From NCBI GenBank assembly GCA_963837955.1, contig CAWIPH010000002.1, positions 640,001 through 704,000 on the forward strand: a DNA stretch of 64,000 bases, in the 5' to 3' direction. Source of the stretch: an uncultured Verrucomicrobiae bacterium (GTDB lineage Bacteria; Verrucomicrobiota; Verrucomicrobiia; Chthoniobacterales; JAFAMB01). The position numbers were made by a program, and so were the translations under genes. The notes below the pieces were generated by a model. The model ran no database searches. It was not told the origin of the DNA and saw nothing but the letters and a program-made list of their open reading frames with translations. Positions 41,197-51,410 of the stretch are shown piece by piece. Position 1 is the first letter of the stretch. Each line of letters opens with the position of its first letter.

Positions 41197-41687
41197 TCAT
41201 TCCCTCCAAGGAGACATTACTATCGGATCGTTATACGCTCTATGGTTCGAAAGAGCTGTTCTGGATAACTCGTTCGAGTTATCGTGCGGCAAAGAGGAAG
41301 AACGGAGTGATAGATCCGAGGGCGGCGACTAGCTCGCCGCTGCCCATATTCCGTTACGTCCTACGCAGTGATGGGTAGACGACCCCTTCTTTGGGTAATG
41401 ACAGCATGACTCCTTCGGGTAGCAATAAAACACTCATTCTGCTAATAGCGATCGATGGCTCCCGAATGTTAGGCTGGTGGTGTTGGTTACTGGCTGGGTG
41501 GAGGAGTCGCGGCAACGGGACTGCTGTGCGCCATTCGCCACCGAGTCACACATTGTGGGGGGGACGCCGGGTCGAAGGACTCAGGTAAATGACATTGGCG
41601 ACATGGAAGAGTAGTTGATTAGGGACATGGAATATTAGTCAGAATCAGACCTATCCTTCGGCCCCGCACCCTTAACCAAATGAAGAC

Positions 41688-42221
41688 TTGGTGATTCTTG
41701 TTTCGGGAGAGCACGTGATAGCAGACCCAATTGCATCTACCGGTCTTTCGCGAAGAAGCGGAACCAAACCCAGAACCTTGCGCGGTCCGTTCCATATTCA
41801 GTGTAACGGGCACGGTGATCCAAAGTACTTGAATCAACTAGTCGATGAAGTTCTAACGTGGCCTTACATCGAGGCTACTTCCTCCGTTGGGAATCGTCGG
41901 AGGGCAATCTCCATCCGATTAAAGGAGATAGCCACCGCAGGGGATCCTTCAGCATTTCTCACCGGCAGAGAGTTTGCTCGTGTGCTGTTGGAAACGCCGA
42001 CAATCTATTTGGCTTTGCCTTTCGAAGCCGCTCATTGGGCAGCGTTCTACGGCTGGGCCGAGCCCCACTATCTTCGGTCTACCGGTTTGATGCCGGTTAG
42101 CGCATTTGTGGTGTATGCGCCAAGGGATCAAGAAGACCTCGAAGTTTGCTTTTCTCTGTTTGCTGAGTCGTATCGTTTTGCTTGCAAGCTTGCTTATCCC
42201 ACATCGCTTCGACCGGCATAG
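41688..42221 (+). CDS. DUF5519 / 'luciferase-like' family protein
   Basis: GREFA.V, LALP, GWAEPH and VYAPRD.E.LEV pattern. Confidence 0.55.
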   Translation: MVILVSGEHVIADPIASTGLSRRSGTKPRTLRGPFHIQCNGHGDPKYLNQLVDEVLTWPYIEATSSVGNRRRAISIRLKEIATAGDPSAFLTGREFARVLLETPTIYLALPFEAAHWAAFYGWAEPHYLRSTGLMPVSAFVVYAPRDQEDLEVCFSLFAESYRFACKLAYPTSLRPA

Positions 42222-42262
42222 GACCTATAGGGCGCATGGGACTTATAGGTCACATGGGTCCT
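42218..42262. repeat. 9-bp-period degenerate tandem repeat, locus 1
   Basis: ATAGGACCT ATAGGGCGC ATGGGACTT ATAGGTCAC ATGGGTCCT. Confidence 0.7.
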
Positions 42263-42433
42263 AGCTATCGCTTCTCGGTTAGGTATCGGCCGACGAACTT
42301 TTGAGGCGGTGAAAGAATGACTCTTTCGGATAGGCATAAAACGTCCGTTCTGCCAATGGCGACATTCAGTGTCTCAGTGTTAAGTCGTTATTGTAGAAGG
42401 TTCTTTTTAACTCTCCGGAAGTTAGGAGCATTT

Positions 42434-42967
42434 ATGAAACTAAGAATTCTAGTTGTTGCAGCCATCAGCTTCGGTCTGACATGCGCCGCTCTGGCGGCTG
42501 ACTATAGTGCTTTGGCACAGCAAGGATATCGTTGGGTCACCGTGGATGGACCATATGCTTGTCCCTCTCAGGCGGATGTCCGACGAATCACCGGCCACCG
42601 GACCGACGCGACAGAGCTGCAGATGGTCGACAATCTCCAGGCGTACTACCTTATTACTGGGACTCTAGTTCAGGTAGTCCAGGATGATCCAGCTACGGGA
42701 ATGTCGCAGATTCGTGTGGCAGGGATTACCAAGGGTCTATGGACCGAGACAAAATTTCTCAGCAAGCGTCCGATTCAGGATCCGTACGGGATTATCGAAA
42801 CTCCGGAAAACTCTGGTCTAATCCCGACAGACACCACCGGAATGAGCCAATTGCCTGAACAGCCGGGGGCGATGCCGGTACCTAGTGTAAGTCCGTCGCC
42901 ATCTGCCAGCCCGATGCTTCATACCAAACCTGGGATGATCAGCGGACAAGGGACCCAACAGAAATGA
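42434..42967 (+). CDS. Secreted hypothetical protein with Pro/Ser-rich tail
   Basis: AGGAG RBS; signal peptide MKLRILVVAAISFGLTCAALA. Confidence 0.7.
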   Translation: MKLRILVVAAISFGLTCAALAADYSALAQQGYRWVTVDGPYACPSQADVRRITGHRTDATELQMVDNLQAYYLITGTLVQVVQDDPATGMSQIRVAGITKGLWTETKFLSKRPIQDPYGIIETPENSGLIPTDTTGMSQLPEQPGAMPVPSVSPSPSASPMLHTKPGMISGQGTQQK

Positions 42968-43204
42968 AAAGCAAGACGCTTTCAGACTATCCTCTGTTAA
43001 GGTTCTGCGTCGTTCGGTTGAGGATGTTTCCTTAGGCCCACCATTCCAGATTAGCGAGCTGCCCAAAGACGGGAAGGTAAGGTTGCGGAAGGATCAACCA
43101 ATTACGAAAACCTCGCTCCGATGATGGTACAAGGCGGCGTCTGCAAGGGCGCTTTTGAAACAGGGAAGAAGTGTGCAGGATCTGAACGCAAGGGGGAACT
43201 CTGA

Positions 43205-46147
43205 ATGATGAAGATTACAATCAACGGTTCAGGCTACGACGTGGAAGCAGGAGAGCGATTGGTTGATGCAATCAATCGGGCCGGCAAAGAACTTCCCCAA
43301 GTTTGCTATCATCCTCAACTGGGACCCATTCAGACCTGCGACACTTGCCTGGTAGAAATCAACGGCGCTCTCGGCAGAGCCTGCGGGACCATAGTTTCGG
43401 CCGGCATGGAGATCCTAACAGAATCGGCTGTGGCAAAAGCGGCCCAGCGAGAAGCCTTTGACCGGATTTTGGGTAACCACCTTCTCTACTGCACCGTTTG
43501 TGACAATAACAACGGCAACTGCACTGTTCATAACACAACGAAACTCCTGCAGGTCGAGCATCAACAAACACCTTTCCGTCCTAAACCCTACCAAGTCGAC
43601 AACACCAATCCATTTTATCGTTATGATCCTGACCAATGCATCCTGTGCGGCCGCTGCGTGGAGGCTTGTCAGAATCTTCAGGTAAACGAGACGCTCTCCA
43701 TTCGCTGGGAAGATCCTCACCCGCGCGTTCTCTGGGACGGCGGGAAATCGATTGGCGAGTCCAGCTGCGTCTCTTGCGGGCACTGTGTTACGGTCTGCCC
43801 CTGTAACGCTCTCATGGAAAAGTCGATGATCGGCGAAGCAGGGTACATGACCGCCATTCCAACCAAGGCTCTCAGTGGGATGATCGATGTGGTCAAGGGA
43901 ATCGAGCCGGAGCTCGGTTACGGTGCGATTCTTCGAGTCTCCGAGGTCGAAGCAGAAATGCGGGAGCCCCGGATTCGCCGCACCAAAACTGTGTGCACCT
44001 ACTGCGGCGTCGGTTGCAGCTTCGACGTCTGGACCAAGGAGCGTCACATTCTCAAAGTGGAACCCTTGGAAGGCCCTGCCAATGGTGTTTCAACCTGTGT
44101 AAAAGGCAAGTTCGGATGGGACTACGTGAACGACAAGGATCGATTAACCAAGCCACTTATTCGAGAGGGAGAACGCTTCCGCGAAGCTTCCTGGGATGAG
44201 GCGCTCGGCTTGGTTGCAAGCAAGTTGGCAGAGCTAAAGGAGAGCGACGGACCTGATTCCATCGGATTCATCGCCTCTTCCAAGTGTACCAACGAAGAAG
44301 CTTATCTCATGCAGAAGCTGGCTCGGGCTGTGATCGGCACAAACAATGTCGACAACTGCTCACGGTATTGTCAGTCACCCGCGACCATGGGTCTTTTTCG
44401 AACCGTCGGATATGGCGGCGATACCGGGTCCATCAAAGAGATTGAGCGGGCCGGCTTGGTAATAATTGTAGGTGCCAACACAGCAGAGAGCCATCCAGTC
44501 CTCGCGACGCGAATCAAGCGGTCCCACAAACTTCGAGATCAAAAGCTGATTGTCGCCGATCTGCGAAAAAATGAGATGGCAAAGCGAGCCGATATTCATC
44601 TGCAGCCTCGGCCTGGTACCGACCTGGTATGGCTATCCGCGATTAGCCGTTATGTGATCGATCAGGGATTAGCGAAAATGCCCTTCGTGAATCAGTGGGT
44701 GAACGGGTTTGAGGAATACAAAAAAAGTCTTGAGCCGTTCACGATGGAGTTGGCCGAACAGGTTTGCGATATTCCGATGGCCACGCTCAAGCAGGTGGCC
44801 GAGATGATCGTCGCGGCCGATGGCGTCGCGATTTGTTGGGCAATGGGCGTCACTCAGCATGGCAACGGGTCCGATACTTCCACCGCTATTTCGAACTTGC
44901 TGCTCGTTACGGGCAACTATATGCGTCCGGGTGCAGGGTCCTATCCGTTGCGCGGGCACAACAATGTGCAGGGCGCTTCGGACATGGGCGCCATGCCAGA
45001 TCGGTTTCCGGGTTATCAATTCGTCAACGATCCAGACATACGAGCTCGTTTCGAAAGCGGTTGGAACACGAGCTTGCCGCGCACTCCTGGCCTCGACAAC
45101 CACGAAATGGTAGACGCGATTCTCGCCGGCAAACTCAAGGCCATGTACATGTACGGCGAGGAAATGAGCTTGGTGGATTCAAACTCGAACCTCGTTAGCA
45201 GAGCCTTCCAGAAACTGGAGTTCTTCGTCATGCAGGATATCTTCTTTACTGATACTTGTCGGTTTGCCGACGTGGTATTTCCAGCTTCGCCCAGCCTCGA
45301 AAAAGAGGGGACGTTTACCAACACGGAGCGACGAATTCAGCGGCTTTACCGCGTGTTTGAGCCTCTGGCTGATACAAAACCCGACTGGCAAATTATCCAG
45401 GCGGTGGCAAATCGGTTAGGTGCAGATTGGAAGTATCAGCATCCTTCCGAAATCATGGATGAAATAGCTTCTCTTACGCCTCTCTTCGCCGGCGTCACGT
45501 ACGAAAGACTGGAAGGATACAAATCGCTCCAATGGCCAGTGCACCCGGATGGCACCGATGAACCGCTCCTCTTTACACAGCGTTTCAACTTCCCAGACGG
45601 CAAGGCGCGATTCTACCCGTTGCAGTGGATCGAACCATCTGAACAGCTCGACGCGGAATTCGATCTGCATCTGAACAATGGCCGCCTGCTTGAGCACTTC
45701 CATGAAGGGAATATGACCTACCGAGTCAACGGCATTAAACAGAAAACGCCCGATAACTGGGTTGAGATTTCACCGGAACTCGCAGCCGAGCGGCAGATCG
45801 AGAGTGGGCGCTGGGTACAACTCACTTCTAGGTACGGACATGTTAGAGTGCGCGCTCTGGTGACAGATCGAGTGCGTGGTCATGAGCTTTATATGCCAAT
45901 GAATTCGAGCGAACACGCAGTCAACCGACTAACTAGTAGTTTCACTGATCGGGCGACTCATACTCCTGCTTATAAAGAGGTGGCAGTAAAGATGAAGGTA
46001 CTTTCAGAATTGGGGGAAAACCCGCTTCCTCGAACAAATTTTCGTTTCGGAAATCCTACCCCCCAGCGCGGTGTAGAAGTCGAGCGAAAATGGAAGCGTC
46101 CTGGTTATTACCTACCCGGAACACGTAATGGTGACCGCAACGAGTAG
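43205..46147 (+). CDS. fdhF: Formate dehydrogenase alpha subunit (YjgC/YrhE type: 2Fe-2S + 4Fe-4S + Mo-bisPGD)
   Basis: CYHP..CDTC, CILCGRCVEAC, CVSCGHCVTVCPC, CTYCGVGC, NNVDNCSRYCQ, PLRGHNNVQG. Confidence 0.9.
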   Translation: MMKITINGSGYDVEAGERLVDAINRAGKELPQVCYHPQLGPIQTCDTCLVEINGALGRACGTIVSAGMEILTESAVAKAAQREAFDRILGNHLLYCTVCDNNNGNCTVHNTTKLLQVEHQQTPFRPKPYQVDNTNPFYRYDPDQCILCGRCVEACQNLQVNETLSIRWEDPHPRVLWDGGKSIGESSCVSCGHCVTVCPCNALMEKSMIGEAGYMTAIPTKALSGMIDVVKGIEPELGYGAILRVSEVEAEMREPRIRRTKTVCTYCGVGCSFDVWTKERHILKVEPLEGPANGVSTCVKGKFGWDYVNDKDRLTKPLIREGERFREASWDEALGLVASKLAELKESDGPDSIGFIASSKCTNEEAYLMQKLARAVIGTNNVDNCSRYCQSPATMGLFRTVGYGGDTGSIKEIERAGLVIIVGANTAESHPVLATRIKRSHKLRDQKLIVADLRKNEMAKRADIHLQPRPGTDLVWLSAISRYVIDQGLAKMPFVNQWVNGFEEYKKSLEPFTMELAEQVCDIPMATLKQVAEMIVAADGVAICWAMGVTQHGNGSDTSTAISNLLLVTGNYMRPGAGSYPLRGHNNVQGASDMGAMPDRFPGYQFVNDPDIRARFESGWNTSLPRTPGLDNHEMVDAILAGKLKAMYMYGEEMSLVDSNSNLVSRAFQKLEFFVMQDIFFTDTCRFADVVFPASPSLEKEGTFTNTERRIQRLYRVFEPLADTKPDWQIIQAVANRLGADWKYQHPSEIMDEIASLTPLFAGVTYERLEGYKSLQWPVHPDGTDEPLLFTQRFNFPDGKARFYPLQWIEPSEQLDAEFDLHLNNGRLLEHFHEGNMTYRVNGIKQKTPDNWVEISPELAAERQIESGRWVQLTSRYGHVRVRALVTDRVRGHELYMPMNSSEHAVNRLTSSFTDRATHTPAYKEVAVKMKVLSELGENPLPRTNFRFGNPTPQRGVEVERKWKRPGYYLPGTRNGDRNE

Positions 46148-46168
46148 AAAATTTTACGAGGAGAAGTT

Positions 46169-46639
46169 ATGGCCGTCCCGATCAGCTTAGAATCTTTGCC
46201 TCGTGGCGCGCATGAAGAATTGCGGGGTCATTTGGACCAGGCGCCGGCGGAGCACGCCAAGGCGTTGTTGGCGGCGTACAACCTCCTCCAAGAGTTACAT
46301 GATCGTGGAATCCTGGACACGTTGACAGGAGCTTTGAGCTCCAGCGATTTTATTCTCGAGACGCTAGTAGAAACTGCTAAAACTCCCGAGACCATTCGGA
46401 CCATTCGCAATCTCTTATTATTGAGCAAGGTGTTGGGCAGCATCGAACCTGAGCTGCTGGATCGCATCGCCGAAGCGGTTCCGGAAGGGTTAGCACAGAT
46501 CCCGGCCATGAAAACCGAGACCCCAGGGCTATTCTCTCTCCTGCAGAAGCTTAACAGCCAAGATTCCCGCCGCGGAATGGCGTTTGCCGTTGCGCTACTC
46601 GAGAGCCTCGGAAAACGTCTGGCGCCGGCGACCAGCTAG
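46169..46639 (+). CDS. DUF1641 (YjgD/YrhD-like) formate dehydrogenase-associated protein
   Basis: Helical protein with LHDRGILD and PGLFSLLQKL...RRG; directly downstream of the FDH gene, the usual position for this family. Confidence 0.75.
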   Translation: MAVPISLESLPRGAHEELRGHLDQAPAEHAKALLAAYNLLQELHDRGILDTLTGALSSSDFILETLVETAKTPETIRTIRNLLLLSKVLGSIEPELLDRIAEAVPEGLAQIPAMKTETPGLFSLLQKLNSQDSRRGMAFAVALLESLGKRLAPATS

Positions 46640-46681
46640 GCTGCCTTCTTCATCCCAGTCGATACGCTCCTATTCCGGAAG

Positions 46682-46721
46682 GAGGGACCTATAAGTCTCA
46701 TAGGTCACCATGGGTCCTATG
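46682..46721. repeat. 9-bp-period degenerate tandem repeat, locus 2
   Basis: GAGGGACCT ATAAGTCTC ATAGGTCACC ATGGGTCCT ATG. Confidence 0.65.
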
Positions 46722-46796
46722 CCATTATTTGCCGATTTTTTGCTTTGCTTGCCCAATGAAGGTTTTTTGGCAGAATGAAACATAGCCGACCAACCC

Positions 46797-47135
46797 ATGA
46801 AAAAGCCTTCCTCCGCAAAATCTAAAAATAAGATACCGGCACGGTATCAGCAATTCGCGAAAAGTTACCCAGCTGTTATGCAGGCCGTCGAGGCGCTCGG
46901 TGAAGCAACTCAGTCAGCTGGACCGTTGAACAGCAAAACCCGCGCACTCGCGAAGCTGGCAATAGCCGTTGGCGCGTTGCGAGAGGGTGCCGTGCATAGT
47001 CATACGCGCCGGGCGTTGGAGGCAGGTTGCACCCCCGACGAGCTACGGCACATGGGGGTGCTGGCAATCACGACGCTCGGTTTTCCTAGTACCATGGCAG
47101 CAATGTCGTGGATTGAAGATATCCTCCGAACGTGA
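46797..47135 (+). CDS. Carboxymuconolactone decarboxylase (AhpD-like) family protein
   Basis: GPL..KTRAL..LAIA, GAVHSH.RRAL.AG, TTLGFP. Confidence 0.82.
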   Translation: MKKPSSAKSKNKIPARYQQFAKSYPAVMQAVEALGEATQSAGPLNSKTRALAKLAIAVGALREGAVHSHTRRALEAGCTPDELRHMGVLAITTLGFPSTMAAMSWIEDILRT

Positions 47136-47209
47136 CGTTGCTTTGAAAATTTAGCAGTCGTTTGTGGACAGCTCCGAATGAAGCGTGCCTGACGACCGGC
47201 GGGAGTAAG

Positions 47210-47383
47210 TCATGGCTGGCGACCCACTTGTTGAACTTCTTGAGCTCTTCTACCGTTAGAAGAAGAGCTCTTCGGCCTGGCTCCACTCGTAAAAAAGAAG
47301 GAAACAAAAGCGCAGCATAGAAGAGCAGCTGCCAACCAATAGTATATCGCGGCCGGCCTCTTCCGCCTATAGTACGTAGCCAT
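47210..47383 (-). CDS. Putative 57-aa single-TM small protein downstream of the ydeP-like gene
   Basis: MATYYRRKRPAAIYYWLAAALLCCAFVSFFFTSG...: basic N-terminus plus hydrophobic helix; below the ORF-track cutoff. Confidence 0.35.
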   Translation of the reverse strand: MATYYRRKRPAAIYYWLAAALLCCAFVSFFFTSGARPKSSSSNGRRAQEVQQVGRQP

Positions 47384-47443
47384 TTTTTCCGATACGGTTA
47401 ACTATTTGAGGTGGAGGCATTGTCCAAAAATGCTCCGGCCGGA

Positions 47444-49858
47444 CTAACGATTGCCTGTCTCTGCTGCCTCGTGTACCGCTGCTTGGAGGCGGGCCACTCC
47501 TGCCTTTATGTTTCGCGAGGGAGAAACGGTAATGACTACAAATTTGGAAGTTGGTGTGTTGCTCCGCTCGGCCACGCTGTCGATCGGCACCAGAACATTC
47601 GCTTCGGGAAAATAGGTGGCAGCGCACCCACGCGGAATTTCGAACGGAGTGACGAGAAAGTATTTAGCTACCCGCTTTTTTCCTTTGAAGTGACTGGCAA
47701 GATCGACCAGTTGGCCTGCTGCGAGCCCGGCTTCAGCCAGATCCTCGGGATTTAAGAAGATAACGCGCCGGCCGTTGTAAATGCCGCGGTACCGATCGTC
47801 CAAACCGTAGATGGTGGTATTGAACTGATCGTGAGACCGAATGGTCATCATAATGTACTGGCCCAGCTGAAGCTCGTTTGGCTCAATGGCGTGAACCGTG
47901 AACTTCGCTTTGCTTGCATCGGTAAGGAATCGGCGTTCGTCTCGTGCCGGATTAGGCAGATAAAATATGTCTTGAGCGATACGCTGATTGAAATTGTCGA
48001 AACCAGGAATCACCCGCTCGATGTGGTCCCGAATCCGGCCGTAGTCAGCAATAAGCTCCTCCCATGGAACCGTGGTCCGGTCGCCGAGGACTGCTTGGGC
48101 TAACCCTGCAATGATAGCGGGTTCACTTAGCAAATGCTCACTGGCCGGTTCGAGATCGCCGCGCGAGGAACTGATTACTCCCATACTATCTTCAACGGTT
48201 ACGAATTGATCGCCCTCCGTCTGGCGATCGATTTCCGTGCGTCCCAAGCAAGGCAGGATCAGAGCGATCTGGCCCGTGATCAAGTGCGAACGGTTAAGCT
48301 TGGTCGATACGTGAGCGGTCAGCCGGCAATTCTGGAGAGCGCGTGCGGTGAACTCAGTATCGGGCGTTGCGGAAAGGAAGTTCCCTCCTAACGCAAAGAA
48401 GATCCTGATGCGGCCGTCATGCATGGCTTTGATGCTATCGACTGCGTCAGTCCCATGTTCTCGCGGCGGAGTGAAGTTAAACTCTGCGCCAAGTCGATCG
48501 AGGAACCGATCGCTCATTTTCTCCCAGATCCCCATGGTGCGGTCACCCTGCACGTTGCTATGGCCGCGCACCGGACATGGGCCCGCGCCTGGTCGACCAA
48601 TGTTACCGCGCAGCAGCAAAAAATTGATCACTTCCTGGATCGTGGCCACTGCGTTTTTGTGTTGGGTCAGTCCCATGGCCCAACAACAGATAATGGAGCG
48701 AGAGTTCAGTGCAATTTCAGCTGCTGCTCGGATCTGGTCGCGGTTTAAGCCGCTGCTTGAGAGAATCTCTTCCCAACTGGTCGCGCGTAAACCAGCGACG
48801 AACTCGTCGTAGCCAACAGTATGTTGCTGGATGAAATCCCGATCAAAGATTTCTCCAGGACGTCGATCTTCCTCGGCAAGCATTTCTTTCATCATCCCCC
48901 TCAACAAGGCGATGTCTCCATTGATGCGAACCGGTAACCAAAGATCGCTTAATTTCGTCCCCCGGTTAAGCAACATTTTCGTCGGGAAGGCGAATGGATT
49001 TGAGAGGTATTCCTGCGGATTGGGATTCACCACGCGCATCAACCCGGTTTCGGGTAAAGGATTGATTGCGACGATTTTCGCACCCTGTTTTTTAGCGTGT
49101 TCCAACGCGGTTAACATCCGCGGATGGTTCGTTCCGGGATTCTGGCCGATGATAAAGATAGCGTCTGTCTTTTCGAAATCGTCCAGAGTGAGACATCCTT
49201 TACCGATACCAATCGCGTCGTTCATGGCCGCGCCACTTGACTCGTGACACATGTTAGAGCAATCGGGCAGGTTATTGGTGCCAAATTGACGTACAAATAA
49301 TTGGTAGAGAAATGCTGCCTCGTTACTAGTGCGCCCGCTGGTATAGAAGGCAGCTTCATTCAGCGACGTCAGGGAATTCAGCTCACTCGCAATCAATTGA
49401 AATGCTTGATCCCAGGAAATCGGTTCATATTGATCGCTGTTCGCTCGTTTAACCATCGGCTCGGTGAGTCTTCCCTGTGATCCGAGCCAGTAATCCGATC
49501 GCTGCTTTAGATCGGTGATGCTGTGGTTGCTGAAGAACTCCGAGCCAATCCTTTTCGTAGTTGCTTCGTCAGCAATGGCTTTGACCCCGTTCTCACAGAA
49601 CTCGAGCACGTGGCGGTGATCTTGTGGACTGGGCCAGGCACAGCTCTGACAATCGAATCCCTGTTTTTGGTTAACTTTGGTCCACGTGCTCAGACCCCGT
49701 AGAACTCCCATCTTCTGCAAAGTAAAGCGACCGCTCTGATAGAGGGCCGGAAGTCCGGCTGCCACGCGGTGGGGATGACCTATGCGAGTTCCAGCGATTT
49801 CGGCTGGCGGTTGTGCGCCAGCGACAGGTGATTCCGACGATGAATCCGAAGGCTTCAT
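47444..49858 (-). CDS. FdhF/YdeP family molybdopterin oxidoreductase
   Basis: GFDCQSCAWP, EFCENG.KA, FYTSGRTSNEAAF, NLPDCSNMCHESSG, PVRGHSNVQGDRTMG, RSHDQFNTTIYGLDDRYRG. Confidence 0.92.
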   Translation of the reverse strand: MKPSDSSSESPVAGAQPPAEIAGTRIGHPHRVAAGLPALYQSGRFTLQKMGVLRGLSTWTKVNQKQGFDCQSCAWPSPQDHRHVLEFCENGVKAIADEATTKRIGSEFFSNHSITDLKQRSDYWLGSQGRLTEPMVKRANSDQYEPISWDQAFQLIASELNSLTSLNEAAFYTSGRTSNEAAFLYQLFVRQFGTNNLPDCSNMCHESSGAAMNDAIGIGKGCLTLDDFEKTDAIFIIGQNPGTNHPRMLTALEHAKKQGAKIVAINPLPETGLMRVVNPNPQEYLSNPFAFPTKMLLNRGTKLSDLWLPVRINGDIALLRGMMKEMLAEEDRRPGEIFDRDFIQQHTVGYDEFVAGLRATSWEEILSSSGLNRDQIRAAAEIALNSRSIICCWAMGLTQHKNAVATIQEVINFLLLRGNIGRPGAGPCPVRGHSNVQGDRTMGIWEKMSDRFLDRLGAEFNFTPPREHGTDAVDSIKAMHDGRIRIFFALGGNFLSATPDTEFTARALQNCRLTAHVSTKLNRSHLITGQIALILPCLGRTEIDRQTEGDQFVTVEDSMGVISSSRGDLEPASEHLLSEPAIIAGLAQAVLGDRTTVPWEELIADYGRIRDHIERVIPGFDNFNQRIAQDIFYLPNPARDERRFLTDASKAKFTVHAIEPNELQLGQYIMMTIRSHDQFNTTIYGLDDRYRGIYNGRRVIFLNPEDLAEAGLAAGQLVDLASHFKGKKRVAKYFLVTPFEIPRGCAATYFPEANVLVPIDSVAERSNTPTSKFVVITVSPSRNIKAGVARLQAAVHEAAETGNR

Positions 49859-49995
49859 AGAATGTAATCCCGGCCGAGTAACTTGCGATGACGGTGACGC
49901 ATCAATTAATTCCTATTCGTGCGTCTCAAGCTCAGATGCGCGGTATCCGGCAGAAAGGCGAAAGTGTGTCACTTTCTGACGAAATCTTTACACTT
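49745..49995 (-). repeat. Direct repeat copy A: upstream region plus first ~38 codons of the ydeP-like gene
   Basis: Homologous to 51291-51548; the 36-bp core 49960-49995 differs from 51513-51548 at one base. Confidence 0.88.
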
Positions 49996-50030
49996 GCGCC
50001 CCGGTTGATTTGGATTTGATCCGAGACGCT

Positions 50031-51410
50031 TCAGCTTGCCCGCACGGGCTCACTGCGTACACGCTTGCCGCGCATGGCAAGAGGCAACAAGCTTGAAACC
50101 AGCATTACCGAGGCGATGATTTTCAACGCTCCGCTATAGCTGCCCGTAGCCTCATGGATGCGAGCGATTAAGAGAGGGCCGAGGACACCCCCGAAACCCC
50201 ATGCAGTTAGCATGAGTCCATAAATCGAGCCAACAGACTTTGGCCCGAAGTGATCGGTGGCGAACGCCGGCATGGTGCCGAAGGCGCCTCCATAGCAGCT
50301 AAGTATCACAAAAGCCAAAGTGACAAGTATCGCGAAATCCCGTTGCGCGGGCAGGAAAAAGAAGAGCACCGCCTGGAGCAAGAACATGACCAAGAACACA
50401 CTGGGGCGCCCCACGGCATCAGAAAGCCAAGCCCAAAGCAGCCGACCGGCGCCGTTCGCGATCGAAATGATCCCCACCATGCCTGCAGCAACGATGGGGG
50501 GTACACCGCTGATTTCTCCGGCCATCGGTGCAGCTTGAGAGATGATGCTAATTCCGGCAGTGACGTTCAGAAAGAGAATGGCCCACAGCGCATACCATTG
50601 CCAGGTGGACAGGGCCTGCTGGAGAGTGTAATCCCGAGTTGCCAACTGTTTCTGTTTCTTCGCAGAGGGCTGCCAACCCTTCGGTACCCAACCCGGCGGC
50701 GGATTACTCATGACCGAGGCCCCAGCTACAACCATGACTAAGTAAATGATACCCAGGATGCCTAATGTTTGCAGGACACCCACCCGCTCGATCAGAGTAG
50801 CGGCCACCGGAGCGGTGAGCAGCGCTCCAGCGCCGAAGCCGGCCACTGCGAGTCCCGTAATGAACCCTCGCCGATCTGGGAACCACTTAACCAGTGTGGC
50901 GACTGGCACAATGTAGCCGAGGCCTAGTCCCAAACCGCCCAGAACCCCATAGCTAAGGTAGAGGACCCAGAGCCGACCGGCCGAAAGGCTACTCAAAGCC
51001 ACGCCTAGGCCATAACAAATCCCTGCTACGATTCCCACTGTACGCGGACCCACGCGACTCATCCAGAGCCCCCCCAAAAAAGCCGCAAAGCCTAACACCA
51101 GAATCGCTATCGAGAAGGTAAGGGTCACCTCAGAGTTCGACCACCCGAAAGTTTTCACCAACGGATTCAGGAACACGCTCCAGGCGTAAACCGCTCCGAA
51201 AGCAAGTCGCATTAACACGCCCGCACCTGCGAGCAACCAGCGGTTGGTCGGCCTTTGTTTCGTTGTTTCTTGGGCGCTTGGCAGACCCTGTGCCGAAAGG
51301 CCGGAGGCTGCGCGGTGGGGATAACCAATTCGAGTTCCGGGGATTTCGGACGGCGGTCGTACTTCGGGGATAGACGTTGAGAGATTTAATGATGAATCGT
51401 CAGGCTTCAT
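50031..51410 (-). CDS. Oxalate/formate antiporter (OFA, OxlT-like) family MFS transporter with YdeP-derived N-terminus
   Basis: NRW..., G.VYAWSVF, KWFPDRRG...G....GFG.G, NG.GR..W..LSD, CYGG.FG..P, YG.MLTAWG; about 12 TM segments. Confidence 0.85.
   Translation of the reverse strand: MKPDDSSLNLSTSIPEVRPPSEIPGTRIGYPHRAASGLSAQGLPSAQETTKQRPTNRWLLAGAGVLMRLAFGAVYAWSVFLNPLVKTFGWSNSEVTLTFSIAILVLGFAAFLGGLWMSRVGPRTVGIVAGICYGLGVALSSLSAGRLWVLYLSYGVLGGLGLGLGYIVPVATLVKWFPDRRGFITGLAVAGFGAGALLTAPVAATLIERVGVLQTLGILGIIYLVMVVAGASVMSNPPPGWVPKGWQPSAKKQKQLATRDYTLQQALSTWQWYALWAILFLNVTAGISIISQAAPMAGEISGVPPIVAAGMVGIISIANGAGRLLWAWLSDAVGRPSVFLVMFLLQAVLFFFLPAQRDFAILVTLAFVILSCYGGAFGTMPAFATDHFGPKSVGSIYGLMLTAWGFGGVLGPLLIARIHEATGSYSGALKIIASVMLVSSLLPLAMRGKRVRSEPVRAS

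Noticed and set aside
43168..43190. Third copy of the ydeP/OFA operator upstream of the FDH gene (AAGTGTGCAGGATCT)
   Set aside because: Only a short partial match and the palindrome is missing.
43205..46147. Selenocysteine recoding in the FDH gene
   Set aside because: The ORF is uninterrupted and the Mo ligand position is a TGT Cys codon.
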